This document shows, in pieces, positions 31,429-40,356 of a stretch of DNA of 64,000 nucleotides. This stretch comes from Deltaproteobacteria bacterium (GTDB lineage: Bacteria; Myxococcota_A; Polyangia; Polyangiales; Houyiibacteriaceae). The notes below the pieces were generated by a model. That model did no database searches. It saw only the letters and a program-made list of their open reading frames with translations, and was not told the DNA's origin. Every line of letters starts with the position of its first letter. Positions within the stretch are counted from its first letter, which is position 1. A program made the translations under genes and the position numbers. Location of the stretch: positions 1 through 64,000 of the forward strand of contig JAXMNT010000015.1 in NCBI GenBank assembly GCA_034670305.1, given 5' to 3'.

Positions 31429-32145
31429 ATGGCATCGACGGCACCCTCGTTGAAACGGCCCGCCCCGCCGCGACTGGCCACGGTGGCCGTGGTGGCGATC
31501 TTGGGGTTGGCGCTGGGGGTGTGGGCGGTGCGGGCGACGATCACCCCGGATCGTCGGGCGCTGGAGGCGGGCGGGGAGCCGGGGGGCTTGGACTCCGAAG
31601 CCGCTTCTGAAGGCGCTTCCGCTTCTGAAGCCGAAGCCGAGGCCGAAGCCGAAGCCGAAGCCGAGGCCGAAGCCGAGGCCGAAGCCGAAGCCGACGCCGA
31701 AGCCGAAGCCGACGCCGAAGCCGAAGCCGAAGCCGACGCCGAAGCCGACGCCGAAGCCGAAGCCGAAGCCGAAGCCGAAGCCGAAGCCGAAGCTGCCGCC
31801 GCCTCCGCTGAGCTCCGGTTCGTGCGGGGACGGGTGGCGTACGTCCGCTGTGTGGGGGGCGAAGGGGCGGATGGGCGATGCCCCAGGGATCGGGCGCTCG
31901 AGGATGGGGCGTGGGCGGCGCTCGAGGGGCTCACGACCTGTGAGCCGAGTCTCGGGCCAGGCGAAGGGGATGTGCGGCTGCACTACCAGGGCGGGGTGGC
32001 GGAGCTGAGGTTTCGCGACGTGGGGGACACGCCCTACCCGCTGGCTCAACTTCGCCGGTGTCTGCTTCCAGGCATGACCTCGGTGCCGACCGTTCTGAAC
32101 GCGGATCCGCTGACCGTCTCGTTCCGATTCGAGCTGACCCGCTAA
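31429..32145 (+). CDS. Membrane-anchored protein: TM, (EA/DA)n linker, Cys-containing C-terminal domain
   Basis: Hydrophobic N-terminal helix, acidic hexamer-derived linker, ends VSFRFELTR (TonB-C/AgmX-like by eye). Confidence 0.65.
   Translation: MASTAPSLKRPAPPRLATVAVVAILGLALGVWAVRATITPDRRALEAGGEPGGLDSEAASEGASASEAEAEAEAEAEAEAEAEAEAEADAEAEADAEAEAEADAEADAEAEAEAEAEAEAEAAAASAELRFVRGRVAYVRCVGGEGADGRCPRDRALEDGAWAALEGLTTCEPSLGPGEGDVRLHYQGGVAELRFRDVGDTPYPLAQLRRCLLPGMTSVPTVLNADPLTVSFRFELTR
31624..31795 (+). repeat. In-frame (GCCGAA/GCCGAC)n tract
   Basis: Directly visible; encodes EAEAEA/DA. Confidence 0.95.
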
Positions 32146-32153
32146 CAGTACTG

Positions 32154-32196
32154 CTGCGGTTCCCACAGCCAGCACTGCGATTCCAGAGGCCAGCAC
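32154..32196 (-). repeat. Two diverged copies of the 22-bp repeat seen at 23694
   Basis: Minus strand GTGCTGGCCTCTGGAATCGCAG and GTGCTGGCTGTGGGAACCGCAG. Confidence 0.7.
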
Positions 32197-32300
32197 CGCG
32201 ACGCGGCAATCTGCCGCGGCATTTCGGGCCGGCCGCCGAACCACCGCGCCCACACCATTGGAACTGGCGCAGATCCCTCGCGAAGCCGGGGGCTCGGAGA

Positions 32301-32316
32301 CGGCATGGCATTCGCA
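32301..32316 (+). promoter_or_regulatory. Candidate sigma54 promoter of the sigma factor gene
   Basis: CGGCATGGCATTCGCA = GG-N10-GC; palindrome GCGGCA-ATC-TGCCGC about 100 bp upstream. Confidence 0.5.
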
Positions 32317-32361
32317 GTTGGGGGAGGCATCCCAACCCCTCTCCCCTTCTTGGAGCCCACC

Positions 32362-33174
32362 ATGCGCGCACAATCCTTCTCGGTCCCCACCTCCATGGAT
32401 CGCTACCGCGCGTCGCTCGATCGCATCGTCAAGCTGACGCCAGCCGCCGAACTCGAACTCGCCCGCCGGTTCACCGAAGGCGATGAGCGCGCCGGACACC
32501 AGCTCGTCGAAGCCAGCCTGCCCTTCGTCATCCGCGTCGCACGTGAGTACCGCCGCTGGGGCGTGCCGCTCGAAGATCTCGTGCAGCAGGGCAACCTCGG
32601 TTTGCTCAAAGCCGCCCGCAAGTTCGACCCCGCCAAGGAGTGTCGGCTCGTGACCTACGCGTCCTACTGGATCCGCGCGGAGATCCGCGAGTACGTGGTG
32701 CGCGCCTACCGCATCGTCCGGCTTGGCAGCACCCGCACCGAACGGCGCGCGATGCGGGCCTTCCGCCGCAAGGGGGTCGCCAACGCGAAAGAGCTGGCGG
32801 AGATCTCCGGCATGCCGCAGGCGCGCGCCGACAAACTCTGGCCGCTCCTCACCGCGTCCGACGTCTCACTCGACGCCGTCTACGACGACCGCCCCACCGG
32901 CAGCGACCGCCTCCCCGACCCGCACTGCGAAGACCCGGAGTCCTTGTGCGCGCGTCGAGAAGCGGTGAACGGCGTCCGTGCCGCGCTGGGTCCCGCGCTC
33001 GCGGAGCTGACCGAACGGGAACAGCGGATCGTGCAAGCCCGCATGCTGACCGACGAACCCACCACCCTCGAACAACTCGGCCAAGAGATGGGCGTCAGCA
33101 AAGAACGTGTCCGCCAGCTCGAAGTCCGCGCCAAAGGCAAACTCCGCGTCTCCCTCGCCGCCTTCGCGGCCTGA
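32362..33174 (+). CDS. RNA polymerase sigma70-family factor, RpoH-like (myxobacterial SigB/C/E type)
   Basis: DLVQQGNLGLLKAA.KFDP, RL.TYA.YWIRAEI, SLD, TLEQLG.EMGVSKERVRQLE; start 32362 or 32395. Confidence 0.92.
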   Translation: MRAQSFSVPTSMDRYRASLDRIVKLTPAAELELARRFTEGDERAGHQLVEASLPFVIRVAREYRRWGVPLEDLVQQGNLGLLKAARKFDPAKECRLVTYASYWIRAEIREYVVRAYRIVRLGSTRTERRAMRAFRRKGVANAKELAEISGMPQARADKLWPLLTASDVSLDAVYDDRPTGSDRLPDPHCEDPESLCARREAVNGVRAALGPALAELTEREQRIVQARMLTDEPTTLEQLGQEMGVSKERVRQLEVRAKGKLRVSLAAFAA

Positions 33175-33196
33175 GAGTCGGGAAATCGCCCGCGAA

Positions 33197-33561
33197 ACGG
33201 AACCGGAAGCGGAAGCGGAAGCGGAAGCGGTAGCGGTAGCGGTAGCGGTAGCGGTAGCGGAAGCGGAAGCGGAGTCGGAAGCGGTAGCGGCTTGGGAGTC
33301 GGTAGCGGCTTCGGTAGCGGCTTCGGATTCGGCTTCGGATTCGGATTCGGGGTCGGCTTCGGCGTCGGCTTCGGCATCGGCTTCGGGATCGGCTTCGGCG
33401 TCGGCTTCGGGATCGGCTTCGGATTCGGGGTCGGCCTCGGGGTCGGGGGTCGGCTTCGGCTTCGGCTTCGGGGTCGGCTTCGGCGCCGGCTTCGGGGTCG
33501 GCATCGGGGTCTCGGCTTCGATCCGTAAGGGCAAGGGCAAGGGCAAGGGCACGGGCAAGGG
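33197..33561 (+). repeat. Composite hexamer tract (GGAAGC/GGTAGC)n-(TTCGGC etc.)n-(GGGCAA)n between convergent genes
   Basis: Directly visible; CGG kept in 6-nt phase. Confidence 0.95.
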
Positions 33562-33563
33562 TG

Positions 33564-34853
33564 TTACCCCACGATCCCCAGCGCCACCGCCGCCGCGAGC
33601 AGCGCGCCGCACGCGAGCAGGCCCCAGAAGAAGAAGCGCATCATCGTGCCGAGCTCGGTGCGCAGCGCGTCCTGCTCGGCGCGGCGCACCGTCTCCTTGC
33701 CGAACGTCCGCTCGAGTTCGGCGCGGGCCTCGCGCCGCTCCTCCGCGTCCATCGGATCGGATCCGGCGAGGTGGTAGAGGTGGTGCTGCACCTCGTGGTC
33801 GATCGTCTCTTCGATCTCCGCGTCGACGTCGTACGGGGCCTCTTCGAACATGGAGCGAAAGGTCCGGTAGTAGAGCGTGATCTCGAACCGCACCGAGGTG
33901 AACGTCGGCCCGTCGTTGTCGTAGATCGGTTGGTAGCTCCCGAGCAGCGGTTCGCCGCCATCGTCGACCGCCGGCACCCCGTCCTCCACCACCAGCACGA
34001 GCCCGCCGACGTCGCGCGCGCGGTACACCTGGTCCGCGATCGCAACCGAGCGCTGCGAGAACGCGTCGAAGGAGGGGAACGTGGCCGAGTCTCGGTCGGC
34101 GTCCGCGAGCGGCGCCCACGATCCTTCCAACTCGCGCAGCGAGGGGGTCGGGAGATCGTGGATGGCTTCGCAGTGCCGGCACCGCACCGGCACGCTGCAT
34201 CGGAGTGGGTACGTGCGGTCCTCGTAGTGCGCGCTCAGCACGTCGATGAGATCGTCGGAGGCGTCCGAAAGCAGCCGCGCGAGTTCGGCCGGATCTCGGA
34301 GGCGGCCGCGGGTGGTGTGCATCGAGACGATGCCGAGGCCGCAGACGATCGCCGGCGTGATCGCCGCGGGTGGGTCGGCTTCGACGAACTCGAAGAGCGC
34401 GATCGCATCGACCACATCGACCGCGCGGCACTCGACTTCGAGCACCCCGTCGATCGGCGTGTCGAGACTCAGCAGCAGCGGCGCGGTTTCTTCTTCGTCC
34501 GGGTGGGCGGGGGTGAGCAGCGGTTCGAGCAGCGCGTCGGCCGCGGGGCGCGGAAGTCGTTTGCCGCAGTTGCGGCAGCGGTGCGGGGCCGGCCGTTCGC
34601 GCGCCAGCACGCCGCACCGCTCGGCGAGATCCCGGACCAGATGAAAGTCGCTGACCGGCAACGCATCGAGCGACGACACGCCATCGATCCGCACCGCGCC
34701 GCGATCGAACGCGTGGAAGAAGCGACCGGCGAACCGGCGGCGGCCACCGACCACATCGTCGGCGAAGGGCCGCTCCGGTAGCGCGAGTCGAACCTCGAGC
34801 GTCGAGCCGTCGACCCGGGTCAGCGTGTGGGTGAGCGCCGGTGCGACGGTCAT
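33564..34853 (-). CDS. Hypothetical protein: two CxxC, C-terminal zincin-like metallopeptidase domain, TM anchor
   Basis: CRNC, CRHC; LLGSY...ITLYYRTF...TIDHEVQHH (HExxH); hydrophobic C-terminus. Confidence 0.7.
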   Translation of the reverse strand: MTVAPALTHTLTRVDGSTLEVRLALPERPFADDVVGGRRRFAGRFFHAFDRGAVRIDGVSSLDALPVSDFHLVRDLAERCGVLARERPAPHRCRNCGKRLPRPAADALLEPLLTPAHPDEEETAPLLLSLDTPIDGVLEVECRAVDVVDAIALFEFVEADPPAAITPAIVCGLGIVSMHTTRGRLRDPAELARLLSDASDDLIDVLSAHYEDRTYPLRCSVPVRCRHCEAIHDLPTPSLRELEGSWAPLADADRDSATFPSFDAFSQRSVAIADQVYRARDVGGLVLVVEDGVPAVDDGGEPLLGSYQPIYDNDGPTFTSVRFEITLYYRTFRSMFEEAPYDVDAEIEETIDHEVQHHLYHLAGSDPMDAEERREARAELERTFGKETVRRAEQDALRTELGTMMRFFFWGLLACGALLAAAVALGIVG

Positions 34854-34905
34854 GTGCGCGCGTCCTCCCACGCGTCCTCGGGGGTCGTCCGGTGCACCGC
34901 GGCGC

Positions 34906-35652
34906 TCATCGGGGCGCGGCCTCGCGGATGGCCCGCACGGTCTCGTCGGTGGTGCCGCAGCAGCCGCCCACGCCCGCCACCCCGCCGGCGAAGGCGCGCG
35001 CCGCCCACGCGGGCACGTCGAAGTCTTCGGTGCCGACGTCGTCCGGGCGCCACGCCCCGGGAAGGATCGCGAACACCGGCACCGTGGCGACTTCGGACAT
35101 CGCGAGGGCCGCCTCGGCACAGGCCGCCGGGCTCACGCCACAGTTCGCCGCGATCGCGACTGCACCCGAAGCGCTGAGTGCCCGCGCCACCTCGTCCGGC
35201 GGCGGCGCGCCCGGCAAGAAGCAGAACGACGCGACCACCTCGAAGCCGGCCGTTCGCGCGGTGTCGATGGCGCGCAGGTGCGCCGCGAGATCGGTGAACG
35301 ACTCGATCAAGAGCGCCTCGACCCCCGTGTCTCGGAACGCGTCGATCGCGCCGGACAACGAACGCGCGCCCGGTCCCATCGATCCCCAGATCCGCGCGCT
35401 CCCGGCATCCCGATCACCCCACGCCCCGCGGGCGAGCGCGGTGGCCGCCTGCGCCAGCCGAGCGCCGTCGTCGCGCGCCGCGATCATGAACGTGTTCGTC
35501 TTCGTGACTTCGGCGCCCGCGTGAAGGTGCGCTTCGTGGAGCGCCCGCACGCGGTCCGGCGCGGTCCAGCAGAGCGCGTCGGTCGGCGCGCCGTCCGAGC
35601 CGAGCGCGGTGCCGATCGCGGCGTCGAGCACACGCGGAGGAACGAAGGTCAC
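34906..35652 (-). CDS. Short homocysteine S-methyltransferase family protein
   Basis: VLDAAIGT, H..AGA....TNTF, GSMGP, ANCG, GGCCGTT; start uncertain. Confidence 0.8.
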   Translation of the reverse strand: MTFVPPRVLDAAIGTALGSDGAPTDALCWTAPDRVRALHEAHLHAGAEVTKTNTFMIAARDDGARLAQAATALARGAWGDRDAGSARIWGSMGPGARSLSGAIDAFRDTGVEALLIESFTDLAAHLRAIDTARTAGFEVVASFCFLPGAPPPDEVARALSASGAVAIAANCGVSPAACAEAALAMSEVATVPVFAILPGAWRPDDVGTEDFDVPAWAARAFAGGVAGVGGCCGTTDETVRAIREAAPR

Positions 35653-35672
35653 GGTCGGAAACGAAGGAGCAG

Positions 35673-36782
35673 TCAGCCGCCCGGCATCGCGCCGTTCATG
35701 ATCCACTCGCGAATCGGTTCGAGCACCTCGGCCGGGAGACCGGAGTCGCTGGCGTTCTGCGGCATCGGACGACCGCAGTCGGGTTCCGACCCGAGTTTCA
35801 AGAAGAACGCGCTCATGTCGGGTTGGTTCGGGACGATCAGCATGCGGTCGGCAACCGTACTCGGGCACCCCACAAACTCCCGTTGTTCTGCGGGCTGGTT
35901 GACGAGGGCCATGAGCACCGCAGCCGGGTCGCAGTCGAGATCAGAGGGGCGGTCGCCATCCGCCACCGTTGGATCGCCGCACAAGTCGAGCTCTTGCAGT
36001 TCGGCATCCGGGCCGAAGTTGTCGTTGCCGTTGCCGAGATGACACGCGAGGCAGAGCGGCTCGATGACCTTCTCGAAGATGGAGTTCCAGTTCGGATCGG
36101 GTGGGTCGACCGCGCCCGCGCGGTAGATGCAGTCCACCGGTTGGAACACGTCGATGGTCTCGTCGCCGCAGTAGGTGCCCGCGCGGGTGGTCGCATCGGG
36201 CGGCTCGAGCGCACGCTCCACGACCGGAGAGCCGGAGGCGAGCCAGTTGCGCAGGATTTCACGACCTTCCGCAGTCTCGATGCCAGGCATGGGATCGACG
36301 TAGTCGTCCAGCAGAGTCCCAAAGGTGTCCGGCTGTAGGCCGAAGTAGTACTCGGTCTCGCCCTGGACCGACCCCTCGGGCGGCATCGAGCCGTCCTTCA
36401 CGGTGCGCCAGATCTCGTTTCGGAAGTCGTGCGTCCGTGTCTGGCTCTCGTACAGGGTCGCGAGGCGCGCGTCCGCGCTCGGGCAATCGTCTTCGTCGAT
36501 GCAGTCGCACCCTGGCTGACCGGGGAAACAGGCGATGGCCACGTCGAAGTCCAGGCCGCCCGGGGCGCCGCCGCGGGCTTCGCCAGTCGCGCCCGCGGTG
36601 TGACAGAAGCTCGCGTCGCTGCAGGACTGGTACAGCAAGGCCTGCCCCGCAGTCATGGGGACGCCCAGGTTGCCGGTCCGAGCTTCAAACACGATCTGGC
36701 CGGCGAGGGCTCGGTCCGGTTCGCCGATTTCGGGCACACAGGCAGCCATCCACAGGACCGGGAGCGCCAGCAGGATTCGCAT
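35673..36782 (-). CDS. Lipoprotein, putative c-type cytochrome
   Basis: MAAC lipobox; CLACH and CSDASFCH, each followed by a distal MP and a W..G. Confidence 0.7.
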   Translation of the reverse strand: MRILLALPVLWMAACVPEIGEPDRALAGQIVFEARTGNLGVPMTAGQALLYQSCSDASFCHTAGATGEARGGAPGGLDFDVAIACFPGQPGCDCIDEDDCPSADARLATLYESQTRTHDFRNEIWRTVKDGSMPPEGSVQGETEYYFGLQPDTFGTLLDDYVDPMPGIETAEGREILRNWLASGSPVVERALEPPDATTRAGTYCGDETIDVFQPVDCIYRAGAVDPPDPNWNSIFEKVIEPLCLACHLGNGNDNFGPDAELQELDLCGDPTVADGDRPSDLDCDPAAVLMALVNQPAEQREFVGCPSTVADRMLIVPNQPDMSAFFLKLGSEPDCGRPMPQNASDSGLPAEVLEPIREWIMNGAMPGG

Positions 36783-37008
36783 AGCCCGAAGCTTGTCGGC
36801 TCGGTCGGGCGAGGGTCAAGCCTTGGATGCGACGCGCCTTCTTCCGAGCCACGACCGCGACCGAACGCCGCCGGACCGACGACCATCGGCCCTTTCAATT
36901 GTGCAAGCACCCGACGATCCGAAGGCGCCCGCCCTCGATCGTATGGCCGACCGCCCACACGAGCGCCCGCGAACGTGCTTCGCGCCTAAAAACCAAGGCA
37001 AAACGTCA

Positions 37009-37024
37009 TGGTATGCAGATTGCG
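37009..37024 (+). promoter_or_regulatory. Candidate sigma54 promoter of the GGDEF-EAL gene
   Basis: TGGTATGCAGATTGCG matches TGGCAC-N5-TTGC spacing. Confidence 0.6.
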
Positions 37025-37036
37025 TACAAGTCTGCC

Positions 37037-39037
37037 GTGACGACCACCTTCACCCGCAACTTTCCCGCGCTGACCCAGAAGCAGCTCGACGAGACCGGAC
37101 GTCGTCTCAACCTTCCGGCCTCCAACGAGACCGAGTTGGACCGCCGGCGGATCTCCGCGGCGATCCTGACCTCGGTCGTGCTGGCGATCCCCGTCGCCAT
37201 CGAACACGTCGTGATGGACATGTGGCCCATCACCGTGGCGATCGCGGCGACGGCCGCACTCGGTCTCGCCATGTGGTGGGCCATCCGCCGAGGCGCCGAC
37301 GCCAAGCGGTGTGGCGAGGTCGCGCTCCTCGGACTCTTCGCCCTCATTCTCGGTGGGCTCGCCTACACCGGCGGCTTCCGACACGCCGGCGGCTGGCTCT
37401 GCGTGTTGCCCGTCGCGGCCACAGTGCTCCTCGGCCGCGCTGTCGCGACCCGGTGGACCGTGTTCACTGCCCTCGGGGCGGTCGCCTTCTACGCCGCGGA
37501 TGTCGCCGGTTGGGTGACGCCGCGCAGCGATGCCCAGACCCACTCGGGACACATTCTCGCTGGGCAGGTTGCCGCCATCCTCGTCATCGCGGGTTTGATG
37601 CATCTGTTCGCCCGCGCGCAGCGCGCGCTCCATCAGGCCGCGCTCGACGCCAACCGCGCACTCGAACAGCAGAAAGACCGGTTGCGCCTGCTGGCGCTCC
37701 TCGACCCGCTCACCGCGCTGCCGAACCGGCACCTCTTCGATCGTTGTCTGACCCGCGCGCTCGAGTGCAGCGGCGCGGCCGTGGTCTACATCGACCTGGA
37801 CGGTTTCAAAGACGTCAACGACAGTCACGGACACGCCGCCGGCGACGAAATGCTCCGCCAGGTCTCGGCCCGCCTCGAACGCCTCGTCGTGGGCAGCACC
37901 CCCGCGCTGGACGAATTGGATGGCCTGTACGTCGGCCCGCTCGTGTCTCGCCGCAGCGGCGACGAGTTCACGATCATGCTCCCGCGGCTCTCGCGCGCCG
38001 ACGTCGAGATGCTCTTGCCCCGGCTGCGCGCGATCTTCGCGCGCCCCTTCGGACTCCACGGTTCGCCGGTCCGTGTGCGCTGCAGCATGGGCGTCGCGAT
38101 GCTCGACCAGGGCGAGTCGACCGAGTCCGCGCTGTTGCGTTCGGACGCGGCGCTCTACCGCGCCAAACGCAGCCACACCGGCGGCGACGTCGCGTTCTTC
38201 GACGAAGCCGAGTACGCGTCCCAGCGGCGTGCCCGCGTCCTGCGCGAGGGCCTCCGGGGCGCCGCCACCCGTGGAGAACTCGAAGTCGTGTATCAGCCAC
38301 TGCACACGGTCGGCGGCCGACTCGTCGGCGCCGAAGCGCTCCTGCGTTGGGAGAGCCCTCTGCTCGGATCGATCTCGCCGGTGGAGTTCATTCCGATCGC
38401 GGAGGAGAGTGGCGTGATCGTGGACGTCGGCGCGTGGGTGCTGCAGCAAGCGTGTCATGAGGCGGCGAGCTGGCCCGGCGACGTGCGCGTCTCGGTCAAT
38501 GTCTCGGCCGTGCAGCTCGACGATCCCTCGTTTGTCCAGCGGGTCGCCAAGGCGCTCGCCTCCAGCGGGCTGCCAGCCGACCGGCTCGAACTCGAGGTCA
38601 CCGAGTCGGTCGCCGCGCGCGACCTCTCGTCGATGATCGACGTGCTCGACGCCCTTCGGGAGCTCGGGGTCGGCCTCGCGCTCGACGACTTCGGCACCGG
38701 CTACTCCTCGCTCGGCTACCTCCGAAAGCTCCCGGTGGAGCGCTTGAAGATCGACCGCTCGTTCGTGAACACGATGCTCGAAGACGAGAGCGACGCGGCT
38801 GTTGTCCGGGCCATCATCGCGCTCGCCAAGGCGCTTCGACTCGAAGTGTTGGCCGAAGGCGTCGAGACGGACGCGCAGCGCGACGCACTCACCCGCATGG
38901 GGTGCGATGAACTCCAGGGCTGGCTCCTGGGACGGCCCGCCCACGCATCCGCGATGTTGCGCCGCGCCCGGGAGGCGGTGGGCGCGGAGTGCTCGGGCGT
39001 GCGTCTGTCCGATCCCCCAGTGGCGATGGCCAACTGA
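37037..39037 (+). CDS. Membrane-bound GGDEF-EAL protein
   Basis: N-terminal TMs; DPLT.LPNR, DLDGFK.VND..GH, SGDEF; EALLRW, DDFGTGYSS, KIDRSF, EGVE; start 37037 (GTG) or 37013. Confidence 0.92.
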   Translation: MTTTFTRNFPALTQKQLDETGRRLNLPASNETELDRRRISAAILTSVVLAIPVAIEHVVMDMWPITVAIAATAALGLAMWWAIRRGADAKRCGEVALLGLFALILGGLAYTGGFRHAGGWLCVLPVAATVLLGRAVATRWTVFTALGAVAFYAADVAGWVTPRSDAQTHSGHILAGQVAAILVIAGLMHLFARAQRALHQAALDANRALEQQKDRLRLLALLDPLTALPNRHLFDRCLTRALECSGAAVVYIDLDGFKDVNDSHGHAAGDEMLRQVSARLERLVVGSTPALDELDGLYVGPLVSRRSGDEFTIMLPRLSRADVEMLLPRLRAIFARPFGLHGSPVRVRCSMGVAMLDQGESTESALLRSDAALYRAKRSHTGGDVAFFDEAEYASQRRARVLREGLRGAATRGELEVVYQPLHTVGGRLVGAEALLRWESPLLGSISPVEFIPIAEESGVIVDVGAWVLQQACHEAASWPGDVRVSVNVSAVQLDDPSFVQRVAKALASSGLPADRLELEVTESVAARDLSSMIDVLDALRELGVGLALDDFGTGYSSLGYLRKLPVERLKIDRSFVNTMLEDESDAAVVRAIIALAKALRLEVLAEGVETDAQRDALTRMGCDELQGWLLGRPAHASAMLRRAREAVGAECSGVRLSDPPVAMAN

Positions 39038-39088
39038 AGACCGTCCAGGAATCTCGCCACACACGGCACTGGAGGCTATCGTCCCGGC

Positions 39089-40348
39089 GTGTCGCGTTCG
39101 AGTTGGCCAGCACCGGGTGTCGTCGTGTGGGGGGAAGCCGCCGGCGGCGTACGTTTCGGCATCCGCACCCCACCGGGTGAGGTGGAAGCGGGCGGAAGCC
39201 TCTTGCTCGATTTGGTCTGCGAGAACCGGAGCCCACAACCCGTGTTCGTGTTCGGGTTCCAGCCCGGCTACCCGCGCTCTTTGCGGGTCTCGCCCCCGAA
39301 GGCCCACCGGCCGTTCATCCGGGTGTCCTTCGGCGATGTGAACGTGCTGCATCCGCCCGAGGCGTTCGTGCGGCTCTTGCCCTCGGCCACCATCACCACC
39401 ACGCTCGATCTCTCCTTCGCCTTCGACCGCCGCGGCGCGGGTTCCTGGGACGTGGCGTTCGCGTACGACGGAGTACGCGCGAGCGGACGCATGGAGCCCT
39501 ACGTCCCGGACCGCGAAGTCGGCACCGGTGTCGCACGCCTCCTCGTGACGACCGCGCGTTCGCTTCGCGAAGCCGGCATCGACGAGACCGTCGAAGAGGC
39601 GCTCGACGCCGCGTTGCTTGGTGGACACGCGGACACGGTCGACCGGCTGCGGCACTACGGCATCGGCGGCGCGAAGTTCGCGGCGAGGCGCGTCGCACGC
39701 ATCCTCTCCCCGGGTGGCGAATCGACCGTCGGCTGGCGCGCGCTCGACGCGCTCGCACTTCTCGGCGACTTCGGTCTTCAAGCGCTCATCGAGACCCGCA
39801 CCCAGTTGCCGCACGCCGAGACCGCGCTCGCATTCGGCGAAGCCTGGCTGCGTCACCGACGGGGCGATGGACCGGCCCCCGGCGATCTCCGGTTCTTCAC
39901 CCAGCTCGACCGGGTGGTGAGCCAACCCGATCAGCGCGGCAACTTCCTCGTGACCTGGACCCCGGTGGACTCGGAGATCCACGGCAGTCGGCGCCTGCAG
40001 CTCTTTGGCAACGGCGAACGCATCGTGACCGCGCGTCCCCCGGGCGCCGTCGTCGGCGCGACCCGCCGAAGTTTTCTCAACGCCATGCAGCTCCAAGCAG
40101 TGGTCGAAGCCCTGCGCTTCGGCGCGGTGTGGCTGTTGCGACCGCTCCGCGAGATGGGGCTTCCCGACGAACCGCGCCCCACCCTGGAAGTGCAGCTCGG
40201 TCTCGGGGAAGTGTTCTCGCGTCAGATCGCGATGTGGAACGGCGAGTGGCGCCTCGGCCCCGCGAGCCAGCTCGCCGAACTGCTCGACCGCTTGAGCCGC
40301 GACGCGTCGCCGGACTCGGTCATGCCGCCCGCGTACTCGCAGTCCTGA
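39089..40348 (+). CDS. Hypothetical protein
   Basis: 419-aa ORF with normal composition filling the gap; TATCGT 6 nt upstream; no recognised motif. Confidence 0.75.
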   Translation: MSRSSWPAPGVVVWGEAAGGVRFGIRTPPGEVEAGGSLLLDLVCENRSPQPVFVFGFQPGYPRSLRVSPPKAHRPFIRVSFGDVNVLHPPEAFVRLLPSATITTTLDLSFAFDRRGAGSWDVAFAYDGVRASGRMEPYVPDREVGTGVARLLVTTARSLREAGIDETVEEALDAALLGGHADTVDRLRHYGIGGAKFAARRVARILSPGGESTVGWRALDALALLGDFGLQALIETRTQLPHAETALAFGEAWLRHRRGDGPAPGDLRFFTQLDRVVSQPDQRGNFLVTWTPVDSEIHGSRRLQLFGNGERIVTARPPGAVVGATRRSFLNAMQLQAVVEALRFGAVWLLRPLREMGLPDEPRPTLEVQLGLGEVFSRQIAMWNGEWRLGPASQLAELLDRLSRDASPDSVMPPAYSQS

Positions 40349-40356
40349 TCGCGGGG

